64,000 nucleotides of DNA from Candidatus Caccovivens sp. (GCA_051888935.1 JBJFCL010000039.1:9896-73895); one strand, 5' to 3'. Counted from the first letter of the stretch, positions 25,201 to 33,333 are shown. Numbers and translations: made by a program. The notes: generated from the sequence alone by a model not told the origin.

Positions 25201-26025
25201 ATTGTTTTGTCAGATAATGAATATAAAGAAATTACAAGTTTTGCGGGTGTTGCGACTGCAAATTATGGAACAATTTCAAATTGTGTTGTGAATGGAACAC
25301 TGACAATTCAAACCAATTTAGATGCAGTTATCGGCGGGCTTGTTGGGAAAAATTATGCAGATATTGAAAATTGTCAAACATCGTTGACCATAACTATTGA
25401 TGCAGGCTATAACGATGTTGTTGTTGGCGGACTTGTTGGAATTTCAACAGAGGGGAAAATTTTGCCAGTAGTAAAGAAAAACGCTTCCAACATCACACTA
25501 AATGCAATTATGACGGATTGCAAAAAATTTGTTTGTGGCGGACTTATTGGAAAAGTTTACAATCACCAAACTTTGTCACAAAACGAATCTCATGTTGATA
25601 TTGCGATTGCTGGTTCTTCTCAAAACACAAATGTTGGTGGTTTGTTTGGGGAAGAATATTTTGCTAGTGCTGACAATTATTCAACAGGCGAAATTGATTT
25701 AACAGATGTAAGTTCGACTGCTTGCGTTGGAGGAATAACTGGACAATTTAAAAATTCCAACCGTGAAATAACAATACTTCATTCATATTCCACGATTGAA
25801 ATAATTGGAGGTTCAAACATTGTCAAAGGTGGTCTTGTTGGAGAGATGGAAGGATATATTGATTCTTGTTTTTCCAATCAAACCATTGAACTATATGGAA
25901 CAAAGACAACTCATGCAGAGACAATAAACTGCGAAAAACTTTTAAGTGAAGTATATGACCCAAAATTCAACTTTTCTGAGGATATTTGGGAGATTTCAAA
26001 AACAAATTATCCAACACTTAAATAA
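22258..26025 (+). CDS. multidomain membrane protein: zinc ribbon, TIR-like region, TPR-like array, 3 TM helices, extracellular GLUG beta-helix
   Basis: 1255 aa. The zinc ribbon is CKNCGG..CQFCG. A possible TIR-like segment starts at TFDVVLADPKLDKQDAI...CKVFVLFAND. A long helical repeat region follows. The three TM helices lie at about 24685-24975. The C-terminus begins FTGTLNGQNHKIENL and then has six GG(L/I)xG repeats (IGGLVGKN, VGGLVGIS, CGGLIGKV, VGGLFGEE, VGGITGQF, KGGLVGEM). Confidence 0.7.
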   Translation: MRERACKNCGGKSYEVVGQNMVKCQFCGTLYVDEHASKEEEVLLVGAYELAREQKFNEAVAEFDKILSLYPLSFESFYGKCLAKHKIVFYNTRTSKKPRFFGDEIPSILQDEDFLSAVENAPTETAKTYQEQAKKIEKLHQSYLENKDTTFDVVLADPKLDKQDAITLQAVEKLKEAGLKPYFLQTVKENEATTFCALKSCKVFVLFANDKKGYTNAEIKNLYDRYLYFISLKQKAKSSLIIALDSNNISLDVLPKKITTCKSVLDLNSTSFLPDFVTKVKEEMSKTIEVMARIDTVTIEKVTPQKKEYVDVESIEPTDLGHYHVDNIKLTDENKIKWLYLCLKNGDFESAQEVVESELEKNSVSSEIVFAQMLLKRQIKTPDEFFSSITNFQDKEEIDNLLQNANKEFAEYFVDSFENLIIKLDNEEYYEKYLLYLAGFNTPNRENFVNKAEDKAVETLDEDLIDMVLKCFKADEVDKFINFYYLLAQKSDDKTYYEKILQIDEGHEQSNLAMLLSHFKSTEDILSYQNREQIEGVFKYLNEDARAHFVSAVVDLILPVAFCDLEKAQSQLDFYLAYVTDTKKLVELLREIAIKFQRMRFFKIAERYISIAISKEPNRAEFYWFLISIKAHCVNDNEMIMSMNKITQFPEWETLLSVANESEAEKYANIASKIKLYEGQKIPLKEEMLDKKQLTEKLNDFIIRNEKILLEIQKQDEKYAKGVRYYSMQIQPFKNYMEELSKIEEFRDYEAVFSKICTRLELLDLNLSTSINVSHLMDRDEGLKKIYENAPSIDEEKSKQRNNASHKKFWKNFLIVFLGFVPLLFTTLLLVVTTIAPKEVYMYFNQDFLVYSVIYSVVFGMVCFAVYAINKHQLSKKWKVIDLLLFMIAFVNLLILTIGIYFLPGTVGITNAHEFDVLLHNASASNFVLEGDIDLKDIEWSPVNFTGTLNGQNHKIENLKFKSQKSLSLFGRNSGNIANLQIVLSDNEYKEITSFAGVATANYGTISNCVVNGTLTIQTNLDAVIGGLVGKNYADIENCQTSLTITIDAGYNDVVVGGLVGISTEGKILPVVKKNASNITLNAIMTDCKKFVCGGLIGKVYNHQTLSQNESHVDIAIAGSSQNTNVGGLFGEEYFASADNYSTGEIDLTDVSSTACVGGITGQFKNSNREITILHSYSTIEIIGGSNIVKGGLVGEMEGYIDSCFSNQTIELYGTKTTHAETINCEKLLSEVYDPKFNFSEDIWEISKTNYPTLK

Positions 26026-26095
26026 AATTACTCCAAAAATAATGACATTTTATTTGGATTTTTCATTTAAGTAATATGTATAGAAACACAATTTA

Positions 26096-26109
26096 GTTGA
26101 CAAGTCAAC
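26096..26109. promoter_or_regulatory. operator-like palindrome 1 upstream of the ABC exporter
   Basis: GTTGAC-AA-GTCAAC with perfect 6-bp arms; it embeds a TTGACA -35-like hexamer. Confidence 0.5.
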
Positions 26110-26135
26110 GATTATCATGCTATTATTTACAAATG

Positions 26136-26149
26136 GTTGACAAGTCAAC
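26136..26149. promoter_or_regulatory. operator-like palindrome 2 upstream of the ABC exporter
   Basis: An identical GTTGACAAGTCAAC copy exactly 40 bp downstream of copy 1. Confidence 0.5.
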
Positions 26150-26223
26150 TTTATTTTATGCTGTAAAATTATTGAAATTCAAGACGCAAATCGTTATAAT
26201 TATCAAACAAACGGAGAAAAGAG

Positions 26224-27963
26224 ATGTTTAAATTACTTAAAAATCTAAAATGGATTGATTATTTGTTTATATTGCTTGTCACGGCACTTATTGTACTGCA
26301 AGTTTTTCTTGATTTACGCCTGCCAGATTACACTGGAAACATTATGGCGGAACTTGGGAAAATGCAATTTGGTGTTGAAGTCAGTGTAAACACAATTTTG
26401 GTTAACGGTGGATATATGCTTGCTTGCGCTTTTGGAAGTTTGGCAAGTGCTGTCTGTGTGGGATTTTGCACAGCAAACATTTCATCGAGATTGGGATCTA
26501 ATCTGAGACAAAATGTTTACAACAAAATTCAAGGTTTTTCGTTGACAGAAATCAACAAATTTTCTACCGCAAGTCTTATTACTAGAACAACAAATGACAT
26601 AACTCAAATCCAGTCTTTTGTTGCAATGGGAATGCAGGCACTCATAAAAGCACCAATTCTTGCTGTTTGGTCTGTTTTAAAGATTTTAGACAAAAACTGG
26701 CAATGGTCTGTTGCAATTGGTGGAGCAATAGGATTTTTGCTTATCATGGTTCTTATCATCATCACTGTGGCTGTTCCTAAATTTAAGAAAATCCAAACTA
26801 TGACTGATGATGTAAACCGAATTACACGAGAGAATTTGACTGGAATCAGAGTTATCAGAGCGTCAAATGCCGAAGATTATCAAAATGACAAGTTTGAACA
26901 AAACAACAACAAATTGACAAAGACCAATTTGTTTGTCAATCGTGTTATGGGAATAATGAGTCCTGGAATGAACTTGCTCATGAGCGGTTTGTCGTTGGCA
27001 ATCTATTGGATTGGTGCTTATATTGTGAAGAACGAAGTCGATGTGGCAAATATGACAACATTTATGCAATATGGAATGCAGGTTATTATGGCATTTATGC
27101 TACTTATTATGATATTCATCTTGCTTCCAAGGACACTTGTCTCGGCAAAGAGATTGAACGAAGTTTTAGACACAAAGGAGAGTATTGTTTCAGGGGACTA
27201 TATTGACGACAATTCCGACGGGAAAGCATCAGTTGTGTTTGACCATGTATCTTTCAAATATCCAGAAGCAGATGAATATGTTTTGAAAGATATAAGTTTT
27301 GAAGCATACGAAGGCGAAACTGTGGCATTCATAGGTTCAACTGGGAGCGGAAAAAGCACTCTTATCAATCTTATTCCAAGACTCTATGATGCAACAGAGG
27401 GAAATATATACATTGACGGCGTTAATGTCAAAGATTATGACCTTAAAAACCTCAATAAAAAAATAGGTTATGTCCCACAACGCGGGGTGCTTTTTAGTGG
27501 CACAGTTAAGAGTAATATTGATTTTGGTGACAACAATGCAGATGATGAGACTGTCAAAAACGCAATAAAAGTTGCTCAGGCATCAAACTTTGTTTCACGA
27601 ATGAGTGATGGCATAAACAGTCCTATTGCACAAGGCGGAACGAATGTTTCAGGTGGACAAAAACAAAGACTTTCTATTGCAAGAGCGGTTGCAAGAAAGC
27701 CAGAAATCTTTATTTTTGATGATAGTTTTTCAGCGTTGGATTATAAAACTGACCGAAAACTTAGAAGTGCACTCAAAAAACACACTCAAAAAGTGACCAA
27801 ATTTATTGTTGCTCAGCGTATCGGCACAATCAAAGACGCAGACAAAATCATAGTTTTAGACAACGGAAACATGGTTGGCATAGGCACGCATGAACAGTTG
27901 CTTCAAAATTGCTCAGTTTATCAAGAAATAGCACTATCACAACTTTCAAAGGAGGAATTGTAA
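26224..27963 (+). CDS. ABC exporter half-transporter (TMD-NBD), degenerate-site subunit
   Basis: 579 aa with 6 TM helices and an NBD. Walker A GSTGSGKST, signature VSGGQKQR. Walker B is IFIFDDSFSALD, with Asp where the catalytic Glu normally sits. Confidence 0.85.
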   Translation: MFKLLKNLKWIDYLFILLVTALIVLQVFLDLRLPDYTGNIMAELGKMQFGVEVSVNTILVNGGYMLACAFGSLASAVCVGFCTANISSRLGSNLRQNVYNKIQGFSLTEINKFSTASLITRTTNDITQIQSFVAMGMQALIKAPILAVWSVLKILDKNWQWSVAIGGAIGFLLIMVLIIITVAVPKFKKIQTMTDDVNRITRENLTGIRVIRASNAEDYQNDKFEQNNNKLTKTNLFVNRVMGIMSPGMNLLMSGLSLAIYWIGAYIVKNEVDVANMTTFMQYGMQVIMAFMLLIMIFILLPRTLVSAKRLNEVLDTKESIVSGDYIDDNSDGKASVVFDHVSFKYPEADEYVLKDISFEAYEGETVAFIGSTGSGKSTLINLIPRLYDATEGNIYIDGVNVKDYDLKNLNKKIGYVPQRGVLFSGTVKSNIDFGDNNADDETVKNAIKVAQASNFVSRMSDGINSPIAQGGTNVSGGQKQRLSIARAVARKPEIFIFDDSFSALDYKTDRKLRSALKKHTQKVTKFIVAQRIGTIKDADKIIVLDNGNMVGIGTHEQLLQNCSVYQEIALSQLSKEEL

Positions 27964-27964
27964 A

Positions 27965-29764
27965 ATGCCACCAATGGGAAAAATGCATGTAACAGAAAAA
28001 GCAGAAAAGGGCACATTCAAAAAATCTATGGGAAAACTGCTCAATTATTGCAAAAAATATTGGGTTTGGATTGTTGTATCAATGATTTTGGGAGCAATTG
28101 CCACAGTTTTTCATATCATAGGTCCTAACAAAATTAGCGAAATGACCAATTTAATAAATCAAGGTCTGTATATCGGCGATATGGAAGCGGTACTTGGAGA
28201 AATCACAAAGATTGCAGTATTTTTGCTTTGCATTTATTTGATAGGAGCCGTTCTTTCATATTTGCAACATTATATTACCGTAACCGTAACCCAAAAAACT
28301 GTAAAGCGTTTTAGACAAGATATTTCCTACAAAATCAATCGACTTCCGCTCAACTATTTTGACACTCATTTGTATGGTGATGTGTTAAGCAGAGTAACAA
28401 ACGATGTTGACACGATTGGTCAAAGTCTCAACCAAAGTATTGGCAGTTTAATTTCAAATGTAATAATGTTCTTTGGTGTGCTTATCATGATGTTTGTGAC
28501 TGAGTGGATAATGGCGCTGACTGTCATAGCCACAACCATTTTAGGTTTTGGATTTGCACTGATATTTATGGCAAAATCTCAGAAATATTTCAATCAAAAT
28601 CAAAAGAATTTGGGAGAAATGAATTCTCATATTGAAGAAATCTATTCTGGACACAATGTTGTTCAACTTTTCAATGCACAGGGACAGACAGGCAAAGAAT
28701 TTAAGAAAATCAACAAAAATCTTTTAAACACAGGTTGGAAATCACAGTTTATTTCTGGAATTATGGGACCAATAATGAACTTCGTTGGAAATTTTGGTTA
28801 TGTTGCAGTTTGTATTGTTGGTGCAGTTCTTGCCAGCCAAAGAGGAATAGGATACTTTGGCACTATTGTTGCTTTTATGATTTATGTTCGCTTGTTTACA
28901 AATCCACTTTCTCAAATAGCACAATGTTTGACGAGTTTGCAATCTGCTTCTGCTGCCAGCAAGAGAGTTTTTGAATTTTTGGAAGAAAAGGAACTCTCAA
29001 ATGAAAGCAACAAAACCTTTTCTATTGAAAATGTCAAGGGTGATGTTAAATTTGAACATATAAAGTTTGGTTACAATGAAAACAAAACAATCATAAAAGA
29101 CTTTTCTGCTGACATCAAAGCGGGGCAAAAAGTGGCAATAGTTGGTCCAACTGGTGCTGGCAAAACAACACTTGTAAATCTATTGATGAGATTCTATGAA
29201 GTCAACTCTGGGGATATTAAAATTGATGGAATTTCCATCAAGGATATCAAGCGTGAGCAGGTTCATAAATTGTTTGGAATGGTTTTGCAAGATACTTGGT
29301 TGTTTGAAGGCACAATCAGAGAAAATTTGCGATATAACAATCCAGATGTCACAGATGAACAAATTGTTGAAGCGTGCAAGAATGTTGGAGTTGACCACTT
29401 TATTCAAACACTTTCTCACGGTTATGACACTGTAATTGATGATGCTGTAAATCTTTCGGCGGGACAAAAACAACTTTTGACCATTGCAAGGACCATGATT
29501 GCCAATCGTCCTATGATAATATTGGACGAGGCGACAAGTTCTGTTGACACCCGTACAGAAGTTTTGTTGCAAAATGCAATGGATAAAGTCATGGAAGGAA
29601 GGACATCGTTCATAATCGCTCATAGATTGTCGACCATAAAAAATGCAGATATAATTTTGGTCCTTAAAGACGGAGATATCATAGAGAGTGGTAATCATGA
29701 AGAACTATTAGCTCAAAATGGTTTTTACGCCGAACTTTACAACAGTCAGTTTGAAGAGGAATAA
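27965..29764 (+). CDS. ABC exporter half-transporter (TMD-NBD), consensus-site subunit
   Basis: 599 aa, starting 1 nt after the upstream stop. Walker A GPTGAGKTT and Walker B MIILDEATSSVD with the catalytic Glu. The signature is the variant LSAGQKQ. Confidence 0.85.
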   Translation: MPPMGKMHVTEKAEKGTFKKSMGKLLNYCKKYWVWIVVSMILGAIATVFHIIGPNKISEMTNLINQGLYIGDMEAVLGEITKIAVFLLCIYLIGAVLSYLQHYITVTVTQKTVKRFRQDISYKINRLPLNYFDTHLYGDVLSRVTNDVDTIGQSLNQSIGSLISNVIMFFGVLIMMFVTEWIMALTVIATTILGFGFALIFMAKSQKYFNQNQKNLGEMNSHIEEIYSGHNVVQLFNAQGQTGKEFKKINKNLLNTGWKSQFISGIMGPIMNFVGNFGYVAVCIVGAVLASQRGIGYFGTIVAFMIYVRLFTNPLSQIAQCLTSLQSASAASKRVFEFLEEKELSNESNKTFSIENVKGDVKFEHIKFGYNENKTIIKDFSADIKAGQKVAIVGPTGAGKTTLVNLLMRFYEVNSGDIKIDGISIKDIKREQVHKLFGMVLQDTWLFEGTIRENLRYNNPDVTDEQIVEACKNVGVDHFIQTLSHGYDTVIDDAVNLSAGQKQLLTIARTMIANRPMIILDEATSSVDTRTEVLLQNAMDKVMEGRTSFIIAHRLSTIKNADIILVLKDGDIIESGNHEELLAQNGFYAELYNSQFEEE

Positions 29765-29835
29765 ATTTATTTTTATCATAAAAATTAATTGAATAAAAAG
29801 GAAAGAAACAAACAAAATATCACAAGAGGTGTGTT

Positions 29836-30462
29836 ATGATGCGAGTTTTTTTCTTTATTTTGGGAGTACCAATGATGATAATGTCTTTTTTTGAGGCAAT
29901 TGATGTGTTGCCTTATGTGGAGAGTGCAAACATAATTTATGATGGGCATGTGATAGAATTGACACAGGAAGAACAATCAGATTTGCTGGAAAATGTAAAT
30001 ACAATGTTTGAAAAATCGCGCACAATGCCAGCTTTTGGAGTTGTGTTTGATGACATGTATAGAGAGATAGTCCAAGATGGTCATTTTATCTCGCTCAAAT
30101 TTCCACAAATAATAGAAGTTAATGGACTTCCTTTTGACGAGTTGGTTTTTAAAGTCGAGCCAGAGTCACAAGGATTCAATCTTATGCGAGGAATGAAAGG
30201 AATTTTTCAAGGGCGCTGTATTTACATTGATTTGCAAGATATTACAATGAATGATTTATATCAAAAAATAATCAACTTAGACAGTGTCAAAAATTTCGAT
30301 TTAAATCAAATTCCAGAACAAACTATTCAAGAAAATGAGAATGAGAAGTTTGAAAATGTGGAAAATGACGAGAATATCGAACAAAATTTGGAAGAAAACA
30401 CTGAAACTCTAAGTGACATTGCTGAAACGAAAGATATGCTGAATGATGGAAACAAGGCATAG
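29836..30462 (+). CDS. hypothetical protein with N-terminal TM and acidic C-terminal tail
   Basis: 208 aa with RBS AGAGGTG. No family recognised. The tail is rich in E/N/D (ENENEKFENVENDENIEQNLEEN). Confidence 0.45.
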   Translation: MMRVFFFILGVPMMIMSFFEAIDVLPYVESANIIYDGHVIELTQEEQSDLLENVNTMFEKSRTMPAFGVVFDDMYREIVQDGHFISLKFPQIIEVNGLPFDELVFKVEPESQGFNLMRGMKGIFQGRCIYIDLQDITMNDLYQKIINLDSVKNFDLNQIPEQTIQENENEKFENVENDENIEQNLEENTETLSDIAETKDMLNDGNKA

Positions 30463-30511
30463 ATAAGAGCAAAAAGTTTTAATAATAATAAAAAATGACA
30501 AAAATCACAAT

Positions 30512-31171
30512 ATGGATTTCATATTACTCGGATTTTTGTTATTTTTTTGTGCTGTTGGGGTATATAAAGGCTTTGTTAGGGCTGTCTTTTCTCTCCTTTC
30601 AACATTTTTAATAGCAATCATATCATGGCGAGTATGTCCAATTGTTGCAGAATGGCTGTCATCAATTATCGCTCATCCTATAAATAGCGTATTAAATGAT
30701 ATCTTAAACAATTTAGTGCCTGGCACATTTTCAGATGTTTCTCAATTTCAAGCACAAATTCTTCAAGGGAATGTTGTGTTTGCTTTTATCTTAAATTTAG
30801 TGTTGTCAAATATCACATTTGAAGGGGAATTGACAGCGGGACAAATATTGGGTCCGACGCTAAGTAATTTATTTATAAAAGTTTTGTCTTTTGTTGTGCT
30901 GTTTGTCTTGCTTTTGTTAATTGTTAGAATTTTGAGAATGTTTGTCAATAAACTTGTCAAGATTTGTGGTCTTAATGGAGTGAATCGTTTTTTTGGAGGA
31001 TTTGTGGGGCTTGTGAAAGGTTTGCTGTATTTTGTCATTTTTTATATGGTTTTTTGTGCTTTTGCAAATTTTACATTAAACGAAAATATGTTAAATTTTG
31101 TGTCAAACGGCAGTGTTTCCCAAGCATTTTATAATTGGTTTATTGAAAAAATAATCAACCTCTTTTATTAA
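30512..31171 (+). CDS. CvpA-family membrane protein
   Basis: 219 aa. The N-terminus MDFILLGFLLFFCAVGVYKGFVRAVFSLL and the four-TM layout are typical of CvpA. Confidence 0.55.
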   Translation: MDFILLGFLLFFCAVGVYKGFVRAVFSLLSTFLIAIISWRVCPIVAEWLSSIIAHPINSVLNDILNNLVPGTFSDVSQFQAQILQGNVVFAFILNLVLSNITFEGELTAGQILGPTLSNLFIKVLSFVVLFVLLLLIVRILRMFVNKLVKICGLNGVNRFFGGFVGLVKGLLYFVIFYMVFCAFANFTLNENMLNFVSNGSVSQAFYNWFIEKIINLFY

Positions 31172-31392
31172 GGTTGATAATCAAAATTCAAATTTTTTAA
31201 AAATTCTGCTTCTATTTCGTTATTTTCTGGAAGTTGAGAAGTTATTTCTTCATTTTGTTTATTTCTTTCTTCTGTTTGATTTTTTAGGTTAACCATGACT
31301 CCTATTTGGATAATAATTGCGACAAGTAAAATGCCAATCAATATGATTGACACAATTTGAAAAGCATTAAGTTTTTTCAACAGATTTTTCAT
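31168..31392 (-). CDS. DivIC/FtsB-like septation protein (tentative)
   Basis: 74 aa with a single TM followed by a short coiled-coil. Its position directly after yabP-yabQ matches the B. subtilis yabP-yabQ-divIC order. Confidence 0.4.
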   Translation of the reverse strand: MKNLLKKLNAFQIVSIILIGILLVAIIIQIGVMVNLKNQTEERNKQNEEITSQLPENNEIEAEFLKNLNFDYQP

Positions 31393-31717
31393 TGTGTTTT
31401 GCCTTCATTTTATTGTAACATTTTGTTACCCAATTTGCAACAAAATTGTTCATCAAATATCGCTGAATGGCAAAAGCGAGAGAAAATGCAATAATTGAGA
31501 AAAGACGGATTTCTCCATAATTTTTTATTAAATTTGTCACAAAAAACACAAAAAACAACGATATTGTCGCAAAAAATAACAAAATCTGTGTCAAAATTTT
31601 GTTGTTTTTAAATAAATGGCAAAAAATATTTTTGACATCAAACAGAAATCCGCACAAAAATCCGCACATTGCCAAAAATATAAATACATTAGGTTGAGTT
31701 GTAACGGCGTAAAGCAT
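31367..31717 (-). CDS. yabQ: spore cortex biosynthesis protein YabQ
   Basis: 116 aa. TTQPNVFIFLAMCGFLCGFLFD and NYGEIRLFSIIAFSLAFA match the YabQ pattern. The start overlaps the yabP stop. Confidence 0.65.
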   Translation of the reverse strand: MLYAVTTQPNVFIFLAMCGFLCGFLFDVKNIFCHLFKNNKILTQILLFFATISLFFVFFVTNLIKNYGEIRLFSIIAFSLAFAIQRYLMNNFVANWVTKCYNKMKAKHNEKSVEKT

Positions 31718-31965
31718 TATTTAAATAGCCTTTTGATAATGTTAACTTTTTCTGTTTTATGAGCATATTTGATACCGGCAATTTCTCCTTTAAATTGCAC
31801 CTCTTTATTTTCAAGGTCAAGTTTAGTAACTTCAATGTTGTTTCCACTTATGATAATGTTGCTGTCCGCAACTTCCACAACTGCCTGAGTGTTTGTTGAA
31901 GATATAACCTTTGTTGCATTGGTGATTTTTATATCTTTTCTATCAACGATTTCAATACTTTCCAT
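31717..31965 (-). CDS. yabP: sporulation protein YabP
   Basis: 82 aa. IKITNATKVISSTNTQAVVEVADSNIIISGNNIEVTKLDLENKEVQFKGEI matches the YabP beta-rich pattern. Confidence 0.7.
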   Translation of the reverse strand: MESIEIVDRKDIKITNATKVISSTNTQAVVEVADSNIIISGNNIEVTKLDLENKEVQFKGEIAGIKYAHKTEKVNIIKRLFK

Positions 31966-32021
31966 ATTTTTCTCCTATATTTCCTTTATTTTTGATTGAT
32001 TTTTTTGATATAATATAAAAT

Positions 32022-32840
32022 ATGAATAAAAAATTGATAATAGTAGAAAAAGATAAAAAAATTGTAAATTTAATCCAAGATTTTGGTTTTTCTTTTGCTG
32101 ATGTCAACAAAATGCTGAGAAACAAAGATGTGAAAGTCAATGAAAAAAATGTAAAAGAAAATGTTTCTGTCAAAATTGGTGATGAGGTTGTGTTTTTTTA
32201 TTCCGATGATATGCTTCAAAAAAAGTATGAAGTTGTGTTTGAAGATGATGATGTTATTGTTGTTTATAAAGGTGCAGGTATTGAATCTGACGGCGAAAAG
32301 GGACTTGAAACAGTTTTAAAAGCAATTGCTGTTCATAGATTGGATCGAAACACAGAAGGATTGATGGTTTTTGCCAAAAATCCAAAGGTGGCAGATTTGC
32401 TTTTGTCGGCATTCAAGAAAAAATTGGTGCACAAAACATATGTCACAGAGGTTGTGGGTCATTTTGATGTTGAACAAAAATTTACTGCCTACCTTGTTAA
32501 AGATAGTGAAAATTCAAAAGTTTGGATTGATGATAAAAAATCTCGAAATGCAACTGAAATACAAACTTTTATAAAAACACTCAAAGCGGGCAAAGAAAGT
32601 AGTCTTTTGGAAGTTGAACTCATAACCGGCAAAACTCATCAAATCAGAGCGCATTTGGCATACTTGGGTCATGCGATAATCGGTGATGGCAAATATGGCA
32701 AAAATGAAGATAACAAAAAATTTCAACAAAATCATCAAAAATTGGCTTGTTTTAGGCTAAAATTTGATTTTGTTGGAATTAAAAATTTAAATTTTGTTGA
32801 ATTTAAGAAAGAACCTAAATGGTTGGCGGAACAAAAATAA
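32022..32840 (+). CDS. RluA-family pseudouridine synthase with N-terminal S4-like domain
   Basis: HRLDRNTEGLMVFAKN contains the catalytic Asp motif, and GKTHQIRAHLAYLGHAIIGDGKYG is also present. Confidence 0.85.
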   Translation: MNKKLIIVEKDKKIVNLIQDFGFSFADVNKMLRNKDVKVNEKNVKENVSVKIGDEVVFFYSDDMLQKKYEVVFEDDDVIVVYKGAGIESDGEKGLETVLKAIAVHRLDRNTEGLMVFAKNPKVADLLLSAFKKKLVHKTYVTEVVGHFDVEQKFTAYLVKDSENSKVWIDDKKSRNATEIQTFIKTLKAGKESSLLEVELITGKTHQIRAHLAYLGHAIIGDGKYGKNEDNKKFQQNHQKLACFRLKFDFVGIKNLNFVEFKKEPKWLAEQK

Positions 32841-32862
32841 AACTTCTTTCATATCAAAAAAT

Positions 32863-33333
32863 ATGAACGAGGATTTTATCAAAGTTAATTCATATTATGA
32901 AGGATTGCTTCAAAATTTATATGCAGGCACAAAAGGTTGTTTCGCAACTTTTATGTGTTTTTTTTATCAGTTTAATCAAAGTGTCGTTTTTTCTCAAAAC
33001 AATTCTGATTGTTTTTCAGAGATATATCAATTGGAATTGAAAAATTGTGTACTTATAAGTGAACTTATATTGCGTATTGGTGGTGACAACAAATATTATT
33101 CAAGTTCAAGAAAATTTTTGACAGGTCAAAATGTTGACTACATCAAAGATTTTACAAAAATTTATCTTTTTGATATTGAATTATTGGAAATAGGCATTAT
33201 TGAAGTCAAAAATATTTATGCGAAAGTTGAAAATAAAAAGATAAAAGAAACGCTTAAAAAAGTTTTGGAAAATAAAAGAAAAGAATTAAAAATATTAAAA
33301 GAAAATTATTTTAAAAATCATTTATTAAATTAA
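32863..33333 (+). CDS. hypothetical helical protein (possibly a degenerate ferritin-like fold)
   Basis: ATG at 32863; the ORF-track start at 32794 overlaps the upstream gene. 156 aa. No metal-ligand motifs recognised and the RBS is weak. Confidence 0.35.
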   Translation: MNEDFIKVNSYYEGLLQNLYAGTKGCFATFMCFFYQFNQSVVFSQNNSDCFSEIYQLELKNCVLISELILRIGGDNKYYSSSRKFLTGQNVDYIKDFTKIYLFDIELLEIGIIEVKNIYAKVENKKIKETLKKVLENKRKELKILKENYFKNHLLN

